Shown here: piece by piece, positions 1 to 12,000 of the stretch
Position numbering within the stretch: the first letter of the stretch is position 1
Layout of the letters: each line of letters begins with the position of its first letter
Assembly: GCA_045837725.1 (NCBI GenBank)
Contig: JBEWZL010000030.1
Span: forward strand, 124,001 to 188,000
Length of the DNA stretch: 64,000 nucleotides
DNA from: Vermamoeba vermiformis
Taxonomy: Eukaryota
Reading direction: 5' to 3'
Program-made: the position numbers and the translations under genes
The notes under the pieces: model-generated
The model's database searches: none
The model's input: only the letters and a program-made list of their open reading frames with translations
Told to the model about the DNA's origin: nothing

Positions 1-217
1 CTTTCAGCGAGCATTTAGTATGCTTCTTCACGTCATCCATAGTATACATTTCTTCAGGGCAAGTCTTCTTTGTCTTTACATTATTCTCTTCTTGCGTCGG
101 ATGCTCCTCGATCACCTTCTTCTTCTTTGAGCTGCCCGTAGGGATAACAGCCAAGTAGAAGAACAAGAAGACGATGAACCCGGCAACAATAGTACGAAGG
201 GTTTTTGCTGAAGCCAT
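1..217 (-). CDS. Cytochrome b5-like heme/steroid-binding domain protein with N-terminal membrane anchor (5' part only; continues past the window edge)
   Basis: Hand translation from ATG at 217: MASAKTLRTIVAGFIVFLFFYLAVIPTGSSKKKK...EEMYTMDDVKKHTK. A hydrophobic anchor precedes the cytochrome b5-type 'YT.DDV.KH' start motif. Confidence 0.6.
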   Translation of the reverse strand, partial: MASAKTLRTIVAGFIVFLFFYLAVIPTGSSKKKKVIEEHPTQEENNVKTKKTCPEEMYTMDDVKKHTKCSLK

Positions 218-454
218 TCGTGGTGTTGCGTATCAGTATTAGCTACGATTGAAATTTTTTGACTGAGCTAAAAATAACTGAGTTCAAAAAACGTTTGCCG
301 ACGTACGCTGGACTCAAAATTGTAATTCTGTTGTACCAGGTACTTACTTGAGTCTGACCAGAGCGTAGAATACGAGCGGAGGAGAAAAAGAAGGAAAGAA
401 ATTTGGTTGGGAACTCGATCTGATTCACAAAGTTAAAAAAACGAAGTTCTTGCG

Positions 455-3400
455 ATGCAGAATAATAATCAAGCTTCAGCTGACGAGTCGAATAGTGGCA
501 AGAGAGCATCTTTCACGAAGAGAATCGCTGCCATGTCTTCACGAGAACCCAGTGCAGCTGAACCGAGCTTTTCAGGCTCATCTGGCTTGTTAACTCCAAG
601 CTCGCACAGAAGAAACAAAAGCGATGATTACAAGAACCTCGATAGACAATCTTCCTCTGCACTTATTAACAACTCAGAGCAAACGTTCCCAAAGTTTGAA
701 GGACAATTATATAAGTGGACTAATTATGTAAAAGGTAACAAAATCGTTCAAAATCTTTTTATATGTGATCACATATGAATAATGTATTGGATTGATTCAT
801 AATATTATGGCAGTTAATTTTTGAATTCAAGAAAAAAATTTCGTTTTTCAGGGGAGATTGCGGAAAAGATTCTCAAAAAATAAGAAAACCGGAAGATTTT
901 AATTAACTTAATTATTAATAGGATGGAGAAAGCGATATTTCGTCCTCGAAAATGCAGTTTTGATGTATTTTATGAGCGAAAGAAGTTTGAATAGCCGAGG
1001 ATCTATCAACCTTTTGACAGCCGTAATTTGCGTCACCAAAAAGCACAAAACTCGCTTGGAGATTGATACTGGCGAGGGAGTTTTCCATTTAAGAGCTAAG
1101 GTAGAGTTGATTTCTTATTCTTGGTTTAGCCGAACGGGTCTTATCATTCTGCAGAGAACGAACAAATTTTTATTCTTACCGAATATGGAATGCCTAATAT
1201 TAATTACTATTATTGCGCCTTTAGACTAAAGAAGACCGAAACCGATGGGTTGACGCTTTGACTAAATCCAAGGAAATGCTCTCGCAGTTGTCGAGAACTG
1301 AAGAGAACATCAACAAGCACATCAAGTCTTTGGGCTCACCTGTCGATACGTTGAAGAAGACTTTGAGCTTGACTCAGTCCTTCGCTGGCGTCTTGAAAAA
1401 GGAGCTGGATCTTCTTGAAAGCACCGAGTAAGTATTGGGATTATACTTTATTCCATTATAAAAATGGTGCTAAGCACGATTTTATAGGAAAAAAGAAGAT
1501 AAAGACAATAAGGACAAAGACAAGGACAAGCACAAGAAAAAGAAGAAGGAAGGGGATGAAAAGGCTGATTTTGTCTCGCAGGCCAGTCAATTCCATCAAA
1601 ATGCATTGAAGCTGATCTCAGCCGTTGAGTCTGCTTTGCTTGCTGTGAACAAATTTGACGAAGAGCGCACTGCTATTCAAAGAGACTACGAGGCATTCGC
1701 TCGTCAACAAACTCAACTCAAGGAAACTGTCAGAATCTTGAAGGCTGAAAACGCTATTTTGAAGCGTAAATTAGCCCTGTCTGGAACCCACGGCGACGAT
1801 GTTAGCGATGGTGAAGCCTCAGTTGAAGAGGGCGTGCCTACCATGAAGGTGCCTTTGACTCCCACCGTCTCCAACACCGTTTCTCCCGCTATTCCTAGAG
1901 CCAACGAAGAGCGCGAAGAGATCTCTAACATTATTACTGGCACGCACACCATTGACTCCGACAGCGATGACGAGAGCGACGACAGCACAATGTACTTCGA
2001 CCCCGAAGAGGCTGAACAACAGGGCGATCGCTCTGACGACAGTGACCACGCTGTTAGCAAGCCTCGCTCTATCACTAACTCGAAGAAGGCTAATGCCGGT
2101 GATGACTTGCAGTTGGTCTCCTCGCCTAGCCGTCGCTTGCTGATGTTGAGCCAATCGGCCAAGAACACCGCTCCTCCTGAGCCTACTTTGAACAACCTCG
2201 AGGAGACATTTAAGTCTGTGCCCACCACATGGAAGCGCCGTGCTGAATTACCTGCCGACAAGGATCCCAAGGCCAAGATCAGCTTGGTGAAGATTCTCAA
2301 GGACGCCGTAAGTAAAGCAAAAAAATCTCAAGAAGATCACCATCTAATTTCGATGTCAGATCGGCAAAGATATTTCGAAGATTACTTTGCCCGTGCAACT
2401 TTGCGAACCTTTGTCTTTGTTGCAGCGTCTCGTAGAAGACTTTGAATACTGCGACCTGTTGAACCAAGCGGCCACCATTGCCGATCCAATGTTGCGAATG
2501 GTTTACGTTGGTTGTTTCGCAGTCTCTGGCTACTCTTCTACCTACGACCGTTTGTCTAAACAGTTCAACTCCATTCTTGGTGAGACTTATGAGTTGGTGC
2601 GTGAAGACAAGGGATTCCGTATCTTCACCGAGCAAGTCAGCCATCACCCTCCAATTTCCGCTGCCGTTGCTGAAGGTCGTGAATGGCACTTCTGGGGTCA
2701 TGCTCACGTCAAGGTTAGTTTCATTGGTGCTAGTTCTTAATATTCTCGTAATAACGTGTTGTGTTTAGAACAAGTTCTGGGGTAAGAGCTTGGAAATTTA
2801 TCCATCTGGTGTGCTCAGCTTGGCATTCCCTAAATATGGCGATCACTTCGTCTGGAGTCGGTGCACTACTTGCGTCCACAACGTGCTTGTTGGAAACAAG
2901 TGGATCGAGCAGTAAGTTGGATCTGATCATGTTTAGCACCTGTTCTAACTTTGATTATAGCTACGGTGAGATCGAAATCATGAACAATGGCAAGAACGAA
3001 CGTGTCGTGATGGAGTTGAAGAAGAAGGGTTGGTTCAGCTCTGGAGGCAATGAAGTGTTTGGCACTGTTTACGACGCCAACAACAAGGTCCGCTATCGCA
3101 TTGAAGGCAAATGGACCGAGAGCTTGTCTGCCTATCCTGTCGACGATGCTGGTCAAGCCATCAAGGAGAAGGGATTCCTCGTCTGGAAGATGAATCCTTT
3201 GCCTCCTAAGTCCGCTCAACAGTTCAAGTTCACTAGCGTAAGATCTGCCCTATCAATCATCTAGACAAGTTATTAACGGTTAACCTTAGTTCTCTATGGG
3301 CTTGAACGAAATGCCCGACTGGTTAGTCCCTATCTTGCCCCGCTCAGACAGCCGCTTCAGAACAGATCAACGTGCTCTGGAGAATGGTGACGTCGATCTT

Positions 3401-3586
3401 GCAGGCACCGAAAAGACCCGCTTGGAAGAAAAGCAACGTGCTGCTCGTAAGAAGAGAGAGCAAGAAGGCATCGAACACAAGCCTCGCTGGTTCGATAAGT
3501 CCGCTGATGGCGTATGGACGTACAAGGGCGGCTACTGGGAGACTCGCTTGAAGGGAGAATGGACTGACATTCCTGACTTGTACTAA
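455..3586 (+). CDS. Oxysterol-binding protein with N-terminal PH domain (multi-exon)
   Basis: PH start EGQLYKWTNYVKG/WRKRYFVL; FFAT-like DDSTMYFDPEE; OSBP signature EQVSHHPP; C-terminal DSRFRTDQRALENGD...KTRLEEKQR. GT-AG introns join the ORF fragments. Confidence 0.93.
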
Positions 3587-3761
3587 ACCAATTAATATAG
3601 TTCGATATGAAAGTTACTTACAATAAGACTGTAATAAATATACTTAGTTTCGGTACCTGTTCGAGCTGAGAGGCAACAAAATTATTTTTTTGGCGCTTTG
3701 CTATAATTGTTCGTTGTTAAGTAACAAAGCACCAGACCACATATTATATATAACGATAACA

Positions 3762-5842
3762 ATGAGTCAATTCTTGGTAAGCATCGTTCAGAGGAAGACA
3801 CGATCCAAATCCTGATCAAACAAACCAATTACAGCCAGAATATTTTAAAAAAATAGAATCATGGCCACTCATTATAATAACCGATCAAATAATAATTCTA
3901 CAACAATATTCGTTGGCAAATCAATTATACAAATGGATTTGGAGTTATTATAATTTTCTAATATTATTTTATTATTAGCAACCCACTATTATCCTTCTCA
4001 AGGATGGTACCGACACTTCACAAGGTGTTCCTCAAATTATTAGCAATATTAATGCTTGCTCTATTGTCGGTGACATCGTTAGAACCACATTAGGTCCTCG
4101 TGGTATGGACAAGCTGATCTATGAAGGAAACAATAAGGCTATTATTTCAAATGACGGTGCTACTATTTTGAGACAATTGGATATTGTCCACCCTGCTGCC
4201 AGAACCTTGGTCGATATTGCTAAATCGCAAGATGAGGAGGTAACTATTCTTAATTTCGATCAAGAATGATTATTTACGTATACAAAAAATATTTATGTGC
4301 AAACAACAAATTGACCTGCTTTGCTATTGTCGATCTGAGATTCGCGATCGCGCAGAAAGTTTCTTTGTTATTAGGTCTGACAAGCGTTGTTTTTTTATTA
4401 GGTCGGCGACGGTACTACCAGTGTTGTAGTTCTTGCTGTCGAACTCTTGAACCTGTGCAAGAGCTTCGTCGAAGAAGGAATCCACTCACAGATCATTCAA
4501 CGCGGTCTTCGCCGTGCTTGCACTTTGTCCAAGCAAAAGATCCGCGAGCTCTCTGTCAAGCTTGGCAACAAGGATGCCGCGTAAGTTTTGGCAACAGTGC
4601 ACGCGTCAGAAGTCAATTTCTAATGAATAATTTGCAGCGAGAAGCGCAGTTTGTTGGAGAAGTGTGCCACGACCTCATTGAACTCCAAGTTGATTTCCGA
4701 TCAGTCTGCTTTCTTCTCTAAGATGGCTGTCGATGCTGTGTTGAAGTTGGAAGATGATTTGGACCTCAACATGGTTGGCATTAAGAAGGAACAAGGTGGC
4801 TCAGTTCAAGATTCAATGTTCATCGAGGGTGTTGCTTTCAAGAAGACTTTCTCATACGCTGGTTTCGAACAACAACCCAAGTCTTTCACCAACCCCAAGA
4901 TTTTGTTATTGAACGTCGAATTGGAGTTGAAGCGCGAGAAGGAAAACGCCGAAGTTCGTGTTGAAAGCACTGAAGAATATCAACGTATTGTGGACGCCGA
5001 GTGGAAGATTATTTACGAAAAGTTGGAGAACTGCGTTAAGACTGGAGCTCAAATCGTTTTGTCTCGTTTGGCTATTGGTGATTTGGGTACTCAATACTTC
5101 GCTGACAGAGGAATTTTCTGCGCTGGTCGTGTTCCTGACGAGGACCTTAAGCGTGTCTCTAAGGCTACTGGTGCTTCTATTCAAACCACAACTAACAACT
5201 TGACCGAAAAGAGTAAGTCGATCCGTGCTCTATTTTGTCGGTTACTAACTTTACGTAGTTTTGGGCAGTTGCGCTAAATTCGAAGAACGTCAAATCGGAG
5301 GACACCGATACAACTTGTTTACTGGTTGCCCCAACGGCAAGACTGCCACTATTATTTTGCGTGGTGGTGGTGAACACTTTATTGAAGAGGCTGATCGCTC
5401 TCTCCACGACGCCATCATGGTCGTCAAGCGCGCCGTGAAGCACAGCGACATTGTTGCTGGTGGTGGTGCCATCGAAGCCGAGTTGAGCAAATATTTACAC
5501 GAGTTCAGCAAGACTATTGCTGGCAAGGAACAAATGATCGTTGCTGCCTTCGCCAAGGCTCTCGAAGTTATCCCTCGTCAATTGGCTCAAAACGCTGGCA
5601 TCGACTCAACAGACGTGATCAACCAATTGCGCAAGAAGCACACTGAAGGAGGTGTGTGGTGGGGTGTTGACCTCGCTAACGGAGGCATCTGCGACTGCAT
5701 GGCCTCATTTGTCTGGGAGCCCGCTCTTGTCAGACTCAACGCCTTGGAAGCTGCCACTGAAGCAGCCTGCTTGATTTTGTCTGTCGACGAGACTGTGCAC
5801 AACCCTGCTGCTCAAGAGCAACAACAAGGAGGAAGAATGTAA
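3762..5842 (+). CDS. CCT7: T-complex protein 1 subunit eta (CCT7), multi-exon
   Basis: [58 protein letters not shown] and [29 protein letters not shown] are characteristic of CCT-eta. Confidence 0.96.
4257..4350 (+). ncRNA. Candidate box C/D snoRNA in CCT7 intron 2
   Basis: The intron (4240-4401) is longer than typical. It has a box C-like ATGATTA at 4266, box D CTGA at 4335 and a flanking stem (CGATC..GAA / TTC..GATCG). No rRNA target recognised. Confidence 0.3.
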
Positions 5843-6094
5843 AGACAGTACCTAATCGCTAGTTGTCTTTGTATCACTCCTTAAATAAATTCAAAAGTTA
5901 AATTACTCTTAGATGCATTCTCCCGGGTCTGGTTTGGCGGCGCGGTTCCACCGGAAATTTCACTAGGACCCTGGTGGATGTGCTTTTTAAATAACCAACA
6001 CCCATACTAGCATTACGACCGAGCCCCAAGAGCACAACCACTTATGTTTATTTCAGTTATGTATTATTAGATATTCAACCGCATTTAAAATACA

Positions 6095-9000
6095 ATGGAG
6101 GAGCAATTAGCCAAATCCAGCAGCGTGGATGAGACGAAAAAACTCGCGGATCTACTGCTTAAAATTGATGGCGGAAAGCCCTCGTCTAAATTAATATCGT
6201 TGCTTTTTGATATGGTAACTACATGAATTTTGTTTTTTTTTTTTCGAATTGATTTTTAAATATTGGCACAATTTCTTCACTATTAAGTTAGAAAAATAGC
6301 ATGTGATGCAATTAATACCGCAGGTTTTCTGCTTTCAAATTGTACATTGTAAATTTAAATTGCTTCTACGGAATCTAACTATCACCGAGCTCTTTACGAG
6401 CAAATTATCAACCAAACTGCGTAACAAATTAAATCATAATTTTTCGTGTTCTATTTAATTTTTACCTTTGATTGATGTCCTTTTTCAGATGGTGTCACCA
6501 GCTAGCCTCAAGCCAGAAAGCAGCAATTCAATATATAAAAAACAAAGAGGCATTAATATTGATAGTAACGCTATTCCCACGATGTTCAATCAGCTTGCAA
6601 TTGGAGATCTTGAACAAAATTACCCGACTTGCCGAACAATCCCAAAGAAATCTCGAGACGTGCCGAAGCTCGAACTTACTTAACACGTGCATAGAACTGT
6701 TATTTAGAGTCGAGAATGATGCATTATTCGGTACGCAAGAAGATTTTCGAATCTTTTTTTGACGCGAGATATTATTTTATAACTGACACTTTGACTTGCT
6801 GCAGATAAATTGCTGAAATTGACGGAAGTAATGGCACGACACAGTTTTTCAGTGACAGACATGCGGAATTATTTCCGATTACTGCGTGACACTTTTGAAA
6901 AGAAGAACATGCCGCACCTCGAGAAACTACTTCGTTCATTTCAATCAATGTGCTACAAACGAGGGCCAGCAGCCGTGTTCGATTTTGATGGCGAGAAGAG
7001 TTGCGTAAGTAACTACTTTCATACCTCGTTTAATTGAATTTCAGTCGAATATAACACTTTAATAAGGGCTTGTCAATTCCGGCTTTTAAAATGCCAGCAG
7101 GAGGATATTCATTCTGCACGTGGCTCAGAGCTGAAGATTTTCAAGATCAGCTGGCTCCTGGTGTGGAACCGAAGATATACAGGCACGTAATAATAACTCA
7201 ATAGTGCTTAGGCTAATAATGCGTTGTAGTTTTTTGAGTGCTGAAAATGTCGGCGTGTCATGCTATTTTTCACGAAATAATTTGACAGTCGCTCATCACA
7301 ACGGCAGCAGCGTGACATCACATTCATTTCAAGAGTTTATATTTCAAGCAAAAACGTGGTATTTTATAACCCTCGTCCACGTACCGAAGCTGTTTGGACG
7401 AAGTGAAATTAAGTTATTCGTCAACGGAAAACAAGTTGGAGCCGCTAGTTTGGCATATCCTCCCGCGAATATGGTACGGTTGACTATTATCGTAATGTTT
7501 GGAATTAACAATTCGACTTCAGATGGCGAAAAGTTGCATTGGTTCAGATACAGCTAGCAATCAATACAGCACTCAAATTAGCTTTAAAGGGCAGTTAGGA
7601 TCGATCTGCTTATTTTCAGAGCAACTTACCAACGAAAGAATTGCAAAATTATTTGATATCGGAGATGACTCCGAACAAATTAGATCTATCACGTCAGACA
7701 GTGTAGTGTTTATTTATTATCCAAGGGTAAGAGTATTCAATAATCAATGCATTATAGATGCTAATGAATCTTGCAGGCATTTAGCAAAGATATTTTCTTC
7801 GACGTCGCGAACAATTTGCACGCTGTTAAACTGGGCTCGTTGCAAGCCATTTTGACTGAGACCGTAAAGGACGCACTGCACTGCGTTGGAGGTCTGAAAA
7901 CACTGTTTTTATTGTTCCACCACGCAATTGACGCACCTTCACGGCCAACAATGTCCTCCTCACAAAAATTATTGGCACAACCAAGTTTCACGCCCCTGCA
8001 CTCACAACTGTTGGCTCTGTTGCTTTCATTGGTCGCATCGCTGTTAGAAGGCAGTCCTGACAACCAACAAGAAATGCTCAAAACTAACGGGTAAGTGATC
8101 GTGTTTCGCACAAAAAGGCTACAAGTGTCAGGCCGTGGAAGTAGTGACCCGAACACGATGTTGCAAAACGTCTCGGGCACGACCACACTAACAAGAATGC
8201 ACCGCTTCCCGTCCGATCAGCGAAGTTAAGCTTGTTCAGGCCTTCTTAGTACTGGGGTAGGAGACTACCTGGGAATCGGAGGTGTTGTGCTCTTTTCTTT
8301 TTTTTTTGCTTCGGATTGCTTTATTTCTTCGTTCTTATAAGTGCTAATCTTTTTGTCAGAATGGCTGTCCTGTCGTACGTGTTGGAGTCTCGTTGGAAGG
8401 ATATCATCGATGTCAACTGTTTCACTTCACTTGAAAATATTGTCGCTGCCTTGTCTAGCTCTCGTATGTTTAGCAAGTATAATGAATGTTAATAACATTT
8501 TTTGTAGCCGGCAGCGAGAAGTTGCGCGATGAAGCATACACGCATTTGTTCTTCAATTTCAAGTTCTGGACTTCAACGAGTTTCGCTATTCAAAAGCAGT
8601 TTTTGTTGATGTTACTGCGCACAACAATGAGCTTGCCATTGGTACGTGTTCATTAGTTGCTATTGAGTACTTTGCTAACGGCTTACAGCCCTTAATGAAG
8701 CAACTTTTTGGAGTTCAAAAGTTCTTGGATGTGTTGCAGACATATTATTGTTTCCCTGATGAGAACAAGACTCCGAGCCGTGACAAGCTGGTGTCATCAA
8801 CACCTTCACTTGGCACGTCCATGTTGACTGTCCTGAACTCGAACAGATCATTGTTAAAAGATGCAGAGTTGGTTGAACTACGCTCAATTGTGTTGAATAT
8901 GATGCGCCATTTAGTCAATCAATCAATCGAGGACCATGAAATGCAATCAGTATTGGCTCTCTTGCAACATCCACAAACAAAAGCGCGTCATCTGATCGAC

Positions 9001-12000
9001 ATTGAGAACTTCTTACTGTATATATTGTATAAACCTGTAAATAAGGCTCAGGAGGCGTTTAATAACGCTAAAGGTAAGTGAGCGAAGATATGATAGAATT
9101 AACAACTACTAACGAGCATTTAGGATTAAACGTAGTTCTCAATTTAATGAATCACGACGACGAAATTGTACGGCTAAATGCGCTAAAGTAAGTCCAGAGA
9201 TTGCTTCAACGATATTATGTACTGATCGTTGTTGTAGAATTACTACACGATACTTGGAACTCATCGAAGAAAAGAAAAGGAAAAAGCTTCTTACGCAACA
9301 AATCAATCCGTGGCTGCTCGATACTTTGTCAGCGCGACCCTTCACCATCACAACATACTCAGTCCTCTGTTGCATCATGTTCGCTATTCCAATCGAATCC
9401 TTGGCCATTGACCATTCGAACAGTCTACGAAAGCTCGAAGTCGATGGATTGCAACGGGTGTTTTGTCCAGGTAAGTGATGATTTGACATGCCTTTCATGA
9501 ATTGAAACTGACGTGGCCTTCAGAAATGCTTGAAGTTGTGTTCAAACTTATTCGCACAGCGTCATTGGAGGTGAAGCGTGTTGTCTTGCAAGACATTACC
9601 ATTCTAATGTCGCACTCGCATGAAGACAACATCAATTTGTGCAGTGTTTTGCTCAATCAATTTGGCTGGCCCGAGTGGTTCTTGGGTCTGCTCGCTCAGG
9701 TCACGCAACAAGTCAAGTCACCCATCGCCATGAACACAAAGGACAAAGACGATGCACTTGCAATCAAAGACATGCTCACTAACTTCTTCTCAACACTGCT
9801 CCACTATTCATTCACGCACACTCGTGACGGGTGGCGCGTGTTGCCTGACATCGAGACGTATTTGCTGTCGTACAAAGTGTCACTCAACACCGTCAACTTG
9901 ATGAGGAACCTCTATCACAACTTGATTGTCAGCTTGACCTCTGACATCAAACAGCTGTTACAGAACTCGACGAAAGAGGGTCAACAGGTACTTTACTTGA
10001 AACTCATTGCTAGCCCTTATCTAACAACTATTTAGACCTTGAAGAACGTGTTCTTCGAGAACATTGCCCATTTGATTCTGTTTGTCGAAGAGTTCATTTT
10101 CGTTCATCCAAAGCATGAAGCCATCAAGCTCGACGACCCTAAGGACCGCAACAAACTTGATCTGAATCGCCATCATTTACACATTCACATGCACCGTTCG
10201 AAGAAGCACCGTGGCGGTCTTGAACTGACCTCTGATTCTCTTGGCAGTGAGTCCGAGCACTCGAGTCACCGAGCAGTCTCTGGCAAGTGGAAAGACTTCC
10301 AGCTCTGCAAGGACTTAATCGAGCTCGCTGAGCTGTTGATGAAAGATCCGTATATTGATTGGCTCTGGACATGCGACACAACGTCTTATTTTGGTTCGAA
10401 GAAACATCACGTGTTCCACTCAATTTTGCGCCAACTATTGGCTCTCTTACGTGAGTCTGAGAACCATCTCGATCGCGCTAAGATTCGTGATAAGCAAACC
10501 GACTTAGAGCAAGCAGAAATGTTGCTTTTGGGTATCAACTCGCAGCTCATTAAAATTGAAGAGAATCGAAGTCGTTTGTTGCAGTACATTACTGGTAAGT
10601 TAGACTTGGCAACTGTAAGCAGCGTATTAATCTATTATAGTTCTGAACAATCGAGAAACTGAGGAGATGAAGCAAGTGGATCAATTCTTTGTGAAGACAA
10701 TGGACCGCGTCAAATTCATTATCTCTGTCACTGTGAAGCGAAACAACAATTCATTCAACAATCAGAAGTCACAACAACAGAACGTCGAAGTGCTCCTTTA
10801 CACACTGCATCATTTGTTTAGAGTGTTCAAGAAATCACAAAAGCACGGCGATTCTATTCACATCGTGATCTTCCCTGCCTTGAAAGACATCATTCGAACA
10901 CATCTCACGCCGTTCTTGACCAACTGTTTGGACGAGGGCCTTGAAGAGACCAATCCTTTCATTTCACATCGCAAGGCATTCGAGTTCGAATCATCGTTGC
11001 AAGACTTTGTCACTTTCATTGAAGACTGCGAATGGAAGATGCCACTGCAGCACAAGATCACCAAGTGCAAAGACAGTGTTGACTACGGATTGCTCAGATC
11101 TGTGCGCACGGTACTCAAGCGAAGAGAACAGAAATTGCTCGATCTGCAAAACTCAATCGACATGAACAAGAATCAACAAGCTGAGTACCTTAAAAGGCTA
11201 CAGACCGAGAACTACACCTTGGCGCACAAACTTAATTACAAAGAGACCGCGCGTAGATTGCGACAGCTGCAGAACGAGCACAAGCGACACTTGTTGACAA
11301 TGAAGCGATGGAACAGAATATGGCGCGAGCTAAATACACCGAGATCTGTTTGGAAGGTAAGTGAAAGTCGGTCTAACACTAGAACTGACGCATATTTTGT
11401 AGTTTGATCGTGAGAACGACGAATTTGTGTTCTGGAAGCTAGACAAGACCGAACAAAACAATCGTGAGCGAAGAAAATTGAAGAGAAATTACGAGGGCAG
11501 TCACCACACTGAAGCATCTTTCACCTACTTGAAACTGAAGTGGGAGAAAGAATTAGAGCAAGAGCGCCTTGAAAAAGAGAAGAAGGCCGCGGCAACTGTC
11601 TCGACAACTGACGGCGGTGAGGTTAAGATTAAAACACGCCCTAGAAGAAAATCTGTTGCAACCACACCGATTGCAGCCAACAATACGCAAAAGAAGAGAA
11701 AGAAGCGAAATTCGGCTAAGCGCATTGAAAAAGAGAAAGAGCGTGAGATTGAATTGTTAAGTTCTCCTCGATCTAAAATTGACGGCGAAGCAGAAATCAA
11801 TGCCTTGTTGGCTGAAGCTGATGCTGAGGACTTTGAGATTATGGAGTCTCAGCACGAAGACGAGGCACAACACACGGGCAAATCTGACCGCGAAGTGATC
11901 TTTTCAACGACCTGCGAGCTGATTTATCCCGAGATTGCAGTCCCTGGTCGAGTGGAAGTCACGCGCACTCAGATCTTGTTCACTTTTGATCGTGAAGCAC

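Noticed and set aside
761-776. 16-bp palindrome ATATGTGATCACATAT in OSBP intron 1
   Set aside because: Isolated and AT-rich, with no other support.
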